This document shows, piece after piece, positions 17,745 to 24,996 of a DNA stretch of 58,561 nucleotides. This DNA comes from Chloroflexi bacterium ADurb.Bin325 (GTDB taxonomy: Bacteria > Chloroflexota > Anaerolineae > CG2-30-64-16): assembly GCA_002068935.1 (NCBI GenBank), contig MWBF01000001.1:1-58561 (forward strand), in the 5' to 3' direction. Both the position numbers and the translations under genes were made by a program. Numbering within the stretch: position 1 is the first letter of the stretch; every line of letters begins with the position of its first letter. Below the pieces are notes generated by a model. It was given only the letters and a program-made list of their open reading frames with translations. It was not told where the DNA came from and did no database searches.

Positions 17745-18135
17745 GAGGGCCTCCGAACGACATAGTTGGCAGAACTTGCGCGGCATTATAACTGAACGGC
17801 GGGCGCGCTGCAAGGGCTTCGCGCCCGCGGCGGCAACTCCAAATATAGGCGCTACGGGAGCATCCAGAGCGGAGGCCGCACGCAGTGCGGGCGCAGTCGA
17901 AGGATGCGGCTTTAGCCCGCTCCGGCGCCTGCGCTCAAGTTTGCATTTGGAACTGTTGCGTCGACGGTGTTTACGTTATGTTTTCGCCGCATAAATGTTG
18001 CGCAACCGAGGCGAGATGGGTGTATACTGTGTATGGTTAGCTCGGGCTGACAGCCGGGAGGCCTGAGGCGCGCAGGCCCCGGAGCGTTGCGATGGCCGCG
18101 CCGTTGCAGACGGGCCAAGAGATGGAGGTGAAATT

Positions 18136-19110
18136 ATGACGAGGGCGCGTGCGAATGTTTCGAGGTTTGATCGGCGCACATGGGCCGTCGGGCTGCTGCT
18201 GGCGGCCGCGCTGAGCGTGCTGCCGGTGGTCGGGCTTTCGGCGCAGCCCGCCGCGGCGGAGGGCCGGCCCGCGGCCAGCCTGACGGTCGGCCACGAGGAC
18301 GGCGTCATCATCTATACGGTGCGCGCCGGCGACACGCTGGCCGCGATTGCGCGGCGGTACGGCACCACGGTCGCGGTGCTGACGCGGCTCAACGGGATCA
18401 CCAACCCGAACCGGATCTACATCGGCCAGCGGCTGCGCATCCCGGCCCCCGGGAGCGGCACGGCGACCAGCCCCGTGCGCATCAACTTCCCGCCCGGCGG
18501 GATCAGCGCGACCGTCAGGGGCAGCGTCACGTTCCCCAACCGTTACTGCTACGTTCTGACCGCGCAGGCCGGCCAGGAGATGACCGTCAGCGTGACCTCG
18601 CCGGGCGGGGCCGCCAACTTCCTGATCACGTCCCTGCGGACCGGCACGCCGCTCAAGCGCCTGGAGAACGAGGACCGCAGCGTGACCGTGACGTTGCCCG
18701 TCACCGGCGACTATCTGATCTGCGTCGCGACGGCCGCGGGCACGGTCTCCTACGATCTGACGGTCTCCATCCCGCCGCTGCCCAGCGCCGCGGCGCCTGT
18801 CCGCATCCAGTTCACGCCCGGCAGCACGTCGGCCACGGTGCTGGGCAGCGTCGCGAGCGCCACGGAGCGGCAGTGCTACATCCTGCGCGCGCTGGCCCGA
18901 CAGGTCATGACGGTGGTGGTGGAGTCCGCGGGCAGCACCGCGCGCTTCTCCGTGGTCGGCGCGGACGGCAGCCCGCTCAAGCGCATGGAGGTGGGCGGCG
19001 CCTGGGCGGTGATAAACCTGCCCCTGACGCAGGATTACACGATCTGTGTCGGCGTGCCGGCCGGGACGCCGGCCGCGGTCAGCTACAGCCTGGCGGTCGA
19101 TATCAGGTAG
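18136..19110 (+). CDS. secreted LysM-domain protein with two internal ~100-aa repeats
   Basis: Signal/TM segment, LysM ([44 protein letters not shown]), then two homologous modules starting [10 protein letters not shown] (nt 18472) and [10 protein letters not shown] (nt 18796). GGAGG RBS. Confidence 0.85.
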   Translation: MTRARANVSRFDRRTWAVGLLLAAALSVLPVVGLSAQPAAAEGRPAASLTVGHEDGVIIYTVRAGDTLAAIARRYGTTVAVLTRLNGITNPNRIYIGQRLRIPAPGSGTATSPVRINFPPGGISATVRGSVTFPNRYCYVLTAQAGQEMTVSVTSPGGAANFLITSLRTGTPLKRLENEDRSVTVTLPVTGDYLICVATAAGTVSYDLTVSIPPLPSAAAPVRIQFTPGSTSATVLGSVASATERQCYILRALARQVMTVVVESAGSTARFSVVGADGSPLKRMEVGGAWAVINLPLTQDYTICVGVPAGTPAAVSYSLAVDIR

Positions 19111-19279
19111 CCGGTTCGAGGCGCGTTGAAAACGGGCCGAAAAGTGTCGAATGCGGCCGGAAACAGCCGAGGAATGTGATGGTTTGTAAGCTGTAACGCA
19201 GAACGGGCGCGACAATTGACAGCATGCTAGGCGCACATACCGCACCGGTATAGCCGAATATCACAAAGGAGCGATAAAC

Positions 19280-19438
19280 ATGGACTTCGAAGGCTATTGC
19301 GTCAAGTGTCGCACCCGCCGGCAGATCAAGGACGGCGAGGTCAAGGAGACGGCGAACGGCCGCAAGATGGTCCAGGGCGTCTGCCCGGAATGCCAGACCA
19401 AGGTCACCCGCTTCCTCTCGGCGAAGGAATCGAAGTAA
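19280..19438 (+). CDS. small zinc-ribbon protein (DUF5679-like), 52 aa
   Basis: Too short for the supplied track. Sequence: MDFEGYCVKCRTRRQIKDGEVKETANGRKMVQGVCPECQTKVTRFLSAKESK, with a CxxC...CxxC pair. AAAGGAG lies 8 nt upstream. Confidence 0.7.
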   Translation: MDFEGYCVKCRTRRQIKDGEVKETANGRKMVQGVCPECQTKVTRFLSAKESK

Positions 19439-19518
19439 GCGCGGATCGGCGCTGAGCCTCCGCGGCCGCGCGAAGGGCCGCCCCCTCAGCCGCTTGCGCC
19501 CCTATCATAGGGGGACGC

Positions 19519-19545
19519 GGGCCGCTGTTCGGGCGGCCCTTTGCG
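19519..19545 (+). terminator. weak candidate terminator after the zinc-ribbon gene
   Basis: GGGCCGC-tgttcgg-GCGGCCC stem-loop followed by TTTGCG. The T tract is short. Confidence 0.25.
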
Positions 19546-19705
19546 CGCCCGCGGCGTCGCACCCGGCGTCGCAAAATCGCTTGCCGCCCGGCGTCCGCTG
19601 TGTTACACTGGGGCCGTGAGCCGGGGAGGCGTCCGAACCGCGTTGCAGCCGATCGGGAGAATCGTGGCCAGGCGCGGCCGGCTCCGCCAGATCACCCGCA
19701 ACCCT

Positions 19706-20168
19706 GAGAGGCTGTTTAAAAAGTCTCCCGGCGACTGAGAGCTTATCCGAAAACCCGCTGGGGCCGGTCTCTGACCGTGCCCCTGGCTCGGTCGGAGACC
19801 GGCCAGAGCAATTTTCGGATAGATTCTGAAGTCACGGCCACCATTACCAAGTCTGCCTGCGCAGACTGAGACGCGAAAGTCCGCAGGGACCTGGTAAGAA
19901 TCTATCCGAAAACTCGCTCCGGCTTACCTCACCCCCCATCCCCCTCTCCTGACGTGCGAGCCGAAGGCTCGCCAAGGTCAGGAGAGGGGGAGCCGAGGGG
20001 GTGAGGCCGGGCGCTCAGCAGGTTTTCGGATGGGCTCTAACGTTGACGGATCGCTTGCCCGCTGGGGCCGGTCTCTGACCGTGCCCCTGGCTCGGTAGGC
20101 TCAACGCAGTTGAGCACGACCGGCCAGAGCAATTTTCGGATAGATTCTAACGTTGACGGATCGCTTGC
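19706..20168. mobile_element. nest of MITE-like elements (family A interrupted by family B, a B-ended element with a family C core, and a variant B copy flanked by a 23-nt direct repeat)
   Basis: Family A start GAGAGGCTGTTTAAAAAGTCTCCCGGCGACTGA (19706-19738) resumes as AGTCACGGCCACCAT at 19828, after a 76-bp ATCCGAAAA...TTTTCGGAT element (19745-19820). A second ATCCGAAAA...TTTTCGGAT element (19904-20031) carries a GGGG/CCCC hairpin core. TCTAACGTTGACGGATCGCTTGC is repeated at 20036-20058 and 20146-20168. Confidence 0.65.
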
Positions 20169-20204
20169 TGAGCCCCGTGTGCACCGTTGACAGGAGCATG
20201 TCTC

Positions 20205-21908
20205 ATGGAAAAACCCTGGCAGGCATTTTACGAGCCCACCGTTCCTCGCACCATCACCTATCCGCGCATCCCACTGTACCAGATGCTCGAGGACAGCGCC
20301 CGCCAATACCCTGACCAGACCGCGGTCAAGCTCGTGCTGCGCTATCTCGGCCCGGTCATGCTCGGCGCCGACCTGACCTATCGCCAACTGCTGGATCAGG
20401 TGAACCGCTTTGCGGCCGCGCTCCACGCGCTCGGCGTGCGCAAGGGGGACCGGGTCGCGCTGATGCTGCCGAACCTGCCGCAGATGGTCATTGCCTTCTA
20501 CGGCGCGCTCAAGCTGGGCGCGATCGTGGTCAACACCAACCCCACGTACACCGCGCGCGAGATCGAGCAGCAGTTTGCCGACGCCGGCGCGGAGACCGTC
20601 GTGCTGCTGAGCAGCCTCTACGACAAGCTGAGGAGCATCCAGGGGCGCACCGCTATCAAGCATGTCATCATCGCGGACGTGGCCGACTACGTCCCGATGC
20701 CCTGGAAGGCGCTGGTCAAGAGCAGCGTCAGGAAGCAGGGGCAGATGGCGGACGTGCCGGAGGCCGCGGGCGTCTATCACTTCCGCAAGCTGCTGGACGC
20801 GCACCCCGAGGCCCCGCCGCACGTGAACGTCGCCGGCGACGACGTCGCCCTGTTCCAGTACACCGGCGGCACGACCGGCGTGCCGAAGGCCGCGATGCTG
20901 ACGCACACCAACATGGTCGTCAACACGATCCAGTTGCGCCAGTGGCTGCGGGACATCAAGGAGGGCCGGGATTGTATGCTGGGCGCGATCCCCTTCTTCC
21001 ACGTCTACGGCATGACCGTGGGCATGAGCCTGGCCATCTACATCGGCGCGCGGCTGGCGCTTGTGCCGAACCCGCGGCAGATCGAACTGGTCATGCAGGT
21101 CATCCACAAGGAGCGCGCCAGCATCTTCCCCGGCGTGCCGACCATGTACATCGGCATCATCAACCACCCGCGGGTCAAGGACTACGACCTCAAGTCGGTC
21201 GGCGCCTGCATCAGCGGCGCGGCACCGCTGCCGATGGACGTGCAGATCAGGTTCGGCGAGATCACCGGCGGCCGGCTGGTCGAGGGCTACGGGCTGACCG
21301 AGGCCGCGCCCGTCACGCACTGCAACCCCATCGCCGGCGAGCGCCGGGCCGGGTCGATCGGCCTGCCGCTGCCGGACGTCGAGGCGAAGATCGTGGACTA
21401 CGAGACGTTTGCGGATAAGCCGGCCGGCCAGGAGGGGGAGCTGTGGGTGCGCGGCCCGCAGGTGATGAAGGGCTACTGGCAGCGCGACGACGAAACGGCC
21501 AGGGCCGTGACGGCCGACGGCTGGCTGCGGACCGGCGATATCGCGCGCATGGACGCCGACGGCTACTTCTATATCGTGGATCGCCTGAAGGACATCATCA
21601 TCGCGTCGGGCTTCAACATCGTGCCGCGCGAGGTCGAAGAGGTGCTGTTCGAGCACCCCAAGGTCCAGGAGGCGGTCGTCGCGGGCGTGCCGGACGCGCG
21701 CCGCGGGGAGGTGGTCAAGGCGTACATCGTCCTCAAGCCCGGCGAGGCGGCCACCGTGGATGAGATCATCGCCTTCTGCAAGGAGCGGCTCGCGCCGTAC
21801 AAGGCGCCGAAGCAGGTCGAGTTCCGCTCGGAGCTGCCGAAGACGATGGTGGGTAAGTTCCTGCGCCGGGTGCTCGTCGAGGAGGAGCGGAGCAAGCTGC
21901 GCGGCTGA
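20205..21908 (+). CDS. long-chain acyl-CoA synthetase (AMP-binding enzyme family)
   Basis: AMP-binding motifs YTGGTTGVPKAAMLTH, GYGLTEA, TGDIARMDADGYFYIVDRLKD and the C-terminal LPKTMVGKFLRR. AGGAG lies 8 nt upstream of the ATG at 20205. Confidence 0.9.
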   Translation: MEKPWQAFYEPTVPRTITYPRIPLYQMLEDSARQYPDQTAVKLVLRYLGPVMLGADLTYRQLLDQVNRFAAALHALGVRKGDRVALMLPNLPQMVIAFYGALKLGAIVVNTNPTYTAREIEQQFADAGAETVVLLSSLYDKLRSIQGRTAIKHVIIADVADYVPMPWKALVKSSVRKQGQMADVPEAAGVYHFRKLLDAHPEAPPHVNVAGDDVALFQYTGGTTGVPKAAMLTHTNMVVNTIQLRQWLRDIKEGRDCMLGAIPFFHVYGMTVGMSLAIYIGARLALVPNPRQIELVMQVIHKERASIFPGVPTMYIGIINHPRVKDYDLKSVGACISGAAPLPMDVQIRFGEITGGRLVEGYGLTEAAPVTHCNPIAGERRAGSIGLPLPDVEAKIVDYETFADKPAGQEGELWVRGPQVMKGYWQRDDETARAVTADGWLRTGDIARMDADGYFYIVDRLKDIIIASGFNIVPREVEEVLFEHPKVQEAVVAGVPDARRGEVVKAYIVLKPGEAATVDEIIAFCKERLAPYKAPKQVEFRSELPKTMVGKFLRRVLVEEERSKLRG

Positions 21909-21913
21909 TTCTT

Positions 21914-22891
21914 TTGGGCGCAGCCCATCCTGGGGTACAATGCGGCTCAGCCTGCAACGAAACGGAGCCCATCCATTTGGCCGACCTGACCATCCCGCAG
22001 GGCCGCGAGCAACTCATTGCGACGCGGCCTTTGCGCGCTTATCTGGCGCTCACCGTCGGCGTCCTGTGCATCAGCACGACCGCCATCTTCACCAAGTGGG
22101 CCGAGATGCCCGGCCCGGTCACCGCGGTCTGGCGCATGATGATCGCCACCGTGATCCTGGCCTGGCCGCTGTGGCGCGGGGTGCAAGGCTGGGGCGCGGC
22201 CGCGCGTCGCGGTGTGCCCTGGGGCGTCATGGGCGGCCTCTGGTTCGCCATCAACCTGGGCATGTTGAATTCGGCGCTGACGCTGACCTCCGCGGCGACC
22301 GCCACGCTGCTGGATAACACCGCGCCGGTATGGGTGGGGCTGGGCGCGCTGCTGCTCTACCGCGAGCGGCTGCGGTCGGGCTACTGGGCCGGGCTGCTCC
22401 TGGCGCTCGGCGGCGCGGCGGTCGTGACCGGTTTCAACCCGGGCCGCGGCTTCCGGCTCCAATCGGGCGATGCGCTGGCCTTTGTCGGCGCGCTCTTCTA
22501 TGCCGGCTATCTGCTCAACACGCAGCGCGCCCGCCGCCATCTCGACGGGCTCTCCTATCAGAGCCTCGTCGCGCCGGTCGCGGCCGTGATCCTGCTCGTC
22601 GTCTGCGCCCTCATGGGCCTGCCGCTGACGGGCTACCCGCTGCACAGCTATGCGGCGATGGCCGCGGTGGCCCTGCTGGCGCAGGTCGGCGGCTGGCTGC
22701 TCATCAGCTATGCGCTGGGCCACGTCCCGGCCTCCGCCGCGGTGGTCGTACTGTTGGCCCAGCCGGTCGTGACCGGCCTGCTCTCCATCCCGCTGCTGGG
22801 CGAGGCGCTGACCGTCCCGCAGGTGGCCGGCGGCGCGTGCCTGCTGACAGGCATCTATCTCTGTCTGCGGGCCAGGGAGCGCGCGGCATAG
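21914..22891 (+). CDS. DMT-superfamily (EamA-like) transporter
   Basis: Ten predicted TM helices in two EamA-like halves. The start is uncertain; TTG at 21977 with an upstream GGAG is an alternative. Confidence 0.75.
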   Translation: MGAAHPGVQCGSACNETEPIHLADLTIPQGREQLIATRPLRAYLALTVGVLCISTTAIFTKWAEMPGPVTAVWRMMIATVILAWPLWRGVQGWGAAARRGVPWGVMGGLWFAINLGMLNSALTLTSAATATLLDNTAPVWVGLGALLLYRERLRSGYWAGLLLALGGAAVVTGFNPGRGFRLQSGDALAFVGALFYAGYLLNTQRARRHLDGLSYQSLVAPVAAVILLVVCALMGLPLTGYPLHSYAAMAAVALLAQVGGWLLISYALGHVPASAAVVVLLAQPVVTGLLSIPLLGEALTVPQVAGGACLLTGIYLCLRARERAA

Positions 22892-22961
22892 ACGACCGCC
22901 CATTATGTGTCCGCATCGCACCGGTGATAAAATGCCCGGACAATCAGCACGAAGGAGCGCC

Positions 22962-23777
22962 ATGGTTCACACCAGTGCGGAAGCCGGGCCGGCCGCGCCA
23001 GCGCTAATCTCCATCGTCATCCCCTGTTACAACGAAGAGGCCAATCTGCGCCGCGGGGTGCTCGACGAGGTGGTCGATTACCTTGCGAGCCAGGAGCGCG
23101 CCTGGGAGCTGGTCATCGCGGATGACGGCTCGTCGGATGACAGCCTGGCCCTGTGTCAGCAGTTTGCGCAGGCGCACCGGCGCGTGCATGTGCTTGCGCT
23201 GCCGCACGGGGGCAAGCCCGCCGCGGTCTACGGCGGCATCTGCGCGGCACAGGGCGAGATCGTCCTGTTCACCGACATGGATCAGTCCACGCCGCTGGCG
23301 GAGCTGGAGAAGCTGCTGCCGTGGTTCGAGCGCGGCTATGGGGTGGTCATCGGCTCGCGCGGGCTGAAGCGCGCGGGCTTCTCGCTGGGCCGGCGCGTGG
23401 CGTCGCGGCTGTTCCGCCTGGCGCGCGGGCTGGTGCTCCTGCGCGAGATCGACGATACGCAGTGTGGGTTCAAGGCGCTGCGGCGGGAGCTGGCGACCGA
23501 GCTCTTCCCGAACCTCTCGTTCTTCGCCGCGCAGGCCGCGCACACCGGCTGGACGGTCAGCGCGTTCGATGTGGAGCTGCTCTACCTGGCGCAGCAGTGG
23601 GGCGTGCCGATCAAGGAGGTCGAGGTGGAGTGGCGCAACCGCGATGTCAGCACGACGAAGGGCCGCGGGAAGAGCCAGTTCATGCGCGAGTCGCTGGAGA
23701 TGGCGCGGCAGGTCGTCGCCATCCTGCGCAACCGCGCCGCGGGGAAGTACCGCCTGCGCGAGCAGAGCCAGTGCTGA
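22962..23777 (+). CDS. family 2 glycosyltransferase (dolichyl/polyprenyl-phosphate beta-glucosyltransferase-like)
   Basis: ISIVIPCYNEE, ADDGSSDDS, FTDMDQS and DTQCGFKALRRE motifs. AGGAG precedes the ATG at 22962. Confidence 0.85.
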   Translation: MVHTSAEAGPAAPALISIVIPCYNEEANLRRGVLDEVVDYLASQERAWELVIADDGSSDDSLALCQQFAQAHRRVHVLALPHGGKPAAVYGGICAAQGEIVLFTDMDQSTPLAELEKLLPWFERGYGVVIGSRGLKRAGFSLGRRVASRLFRLARGLVLLREIDDTQCGFKALRRELATELFPNLSFFAAQAAHTGWTVSAFDVELLYLAQQWGVPIKEVEVEWRNRDVSTTKGRGKSQFMRESLEMARQVVAILRNRAAGKYRLREQSQC

Positions 23778-23780
23778 GAA

Positions 23781-24110
23781 GTTTTGACAGGATTCACAGG
23801 ATTGACCAGTGAATAACACTATAAAATCCTGTAAATCTTGTAAATCCTGTCCAATCAAAAGCCACGCGCACGCAGAGCCAGGACTGAAGATGAGTTTTGA
23901 CAGGATTCACAGGATTGACAGGATTGACCAGTTAATAACACTGCAAAATCCTGTAAATCTTGTAAATCCTGTCCAATCAAAAGCCACGCGCACGCAGAGC
24001 CAGGACTGAAGATGAGCTTTGACAGGATTCACAGGATTGACCAGTTAATAACACTATAAAATCCTGTAAATCTTGTAAATCCTGTCCAATCTCGTCCAAT
24101 CTCGTCCAAT
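23781..24110. repeat. AT-rich tandem array (about 2.8 copies, 113 and 122 nt periods) with inverted 9-mer sub-repeats
   Basis: Units start at 23781, 23894 and 24016. Each unit has direct (G/C)ACAGGATT 9-mers, an AT-rich spacer, inverted AAATC(C/T)TGT 9-mers, and then a GC-rich tail GCCACGCGCACGCAGAGCCAGGACTGAAGATGAG. Confidence 0.85.
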
Positions 24111-24139
24111 CCTCATGTGAGTTGCGCGAGGGGATAAAT

Positions 24140-24883
24140 ATGCAAGCAGCAGAGTTCCGGCGCACCAGCGACGAGGCCGCCCGGCGCGGACACCCGTCCT
24201 ACGTCTGGCGGGCGGGGCAGGCGCGACGGCTGGCGCTGGTCCAGCAATGGACAAAGCTGGAGGGCGCACGCATCCTCGACGCGGGCTGCGGGGTCGGCCT
24301 GTACACCGAGAAGTTCGGCCAGTACTCGCCGAACGTCGTGGGCGTGGAGATCGACGCGGCCGTGGCCGCCGAGGCGCAACGCCGCGGGCTGTCCGTCGTC
24401 ATCGCGCCGGCCGAGGAGCTGCCGTTTGACGCGGCCAGCTTCGACGTAGTATTCTCGCACGAGGTCATCGAGCACGTGACCGACGACCGCCGCGCGGCCG
24501 CGGAGATGGTACGCGTGCTCGCGCCCGGCGGGCGCATCGCCCTGTTCTGCCCCAACCGGCTCTATCCGTTCGAGACGCACGGCCACTACTGGCGCGGAAA
24601 GTACCACTTCGGCAACACGCCGCTCATCAACTGGCTGCCCGACCCGCTGCGCAACCGGCTCGCGCCCCACGTCCGCGCATACACGCGCGGCGGCATCCGC
24701 CGGCTCTTCGCGGGCCAGCCCGTCCGCGTCGTCCACCACACCGTGATCTACCCCGGCTTCGACAACATCGTCGCGCGGCGGCCCGCGCTGGGCCGGGCGC
24801 TGAAGCGCGTGCTGTATGCGCTGGAACACACCCCCCTGCGCTGGTTCGGGCTGAGCCACTTCATCGTGCTGGAGCGCGTCTGA
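24140..24883 (+). CDS. class I SAM-dependent methyltransferase
   Basis: Motif I ILDAGCGVGLY, with later acidic and FDVVFSHEVIEH motifs. ATG at 24140. Confidence 0.85.
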   Translation: MQAAEFRRTSDEAARRGHPSYVWRAGQARRLALVQQWTKLEGARILDAGCGVGLYTEKFGQYSPNVVGVEIDAAVAAEAQRRGLSVVIAPAEELPFDAASFDVVFSHEVIEHVTDDRRAAAEMVRVLAPGGRIALFCPNRLYPFETHGHYWRGKYHFGNTPLINWLPDPLRNRLAPHVRAYTRGGIRRLFAGQPVRVVHHTVIYPGFDNIVARRPALGRALKRVLYALEHTPLRWFGLSHFIVLERV

Positions 24884-24996
24884 TTCCGTCCGCTTCACCT
24901 CTTTTGCCATTCACGCCGTTTTCTGCTATTATGTTTCGCTACGCGGAGGGTACCACTACCCTCCGTCACTTTTATGGCCCGGAACCCAATGCTTCC

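Noticed and set aside
17941-17965. GTTTGCATTTGGAACTGTTGCG resembles the right inverted repeat of the IS (CATATTTGGAACTGCTGG), suggesting a solo IS end upstream of the LysM gene
   Set aside because: Only about 11 contiguous plus 2-3 further matching bases. There is no second end, no TSD and no adjacent IS-derived sequence. It could be chance in 58 kb, and a genome-wide search would be needed.
18020-18135. Structured GC-rich leader upstream of the LysM gene, considered as a ydaO (c-di-AMP) or other riboswitch
   Set aside because: I could not find the conserved ydaO, c-di-GMP, ZTP or cobalamin core sequences by eye, only generic short hairpins. An Rfam cmscan would be needed before any claim.
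23781-24110. Possibility that the three tandem arrays (23.8, 31.5 and 39.7 kb) are CRISPR arrays
   Set aside because: The units are contiguous 97-122 nt repeats with no unique spacers between them. There are only about 3 copies each and no cas genes in the window.
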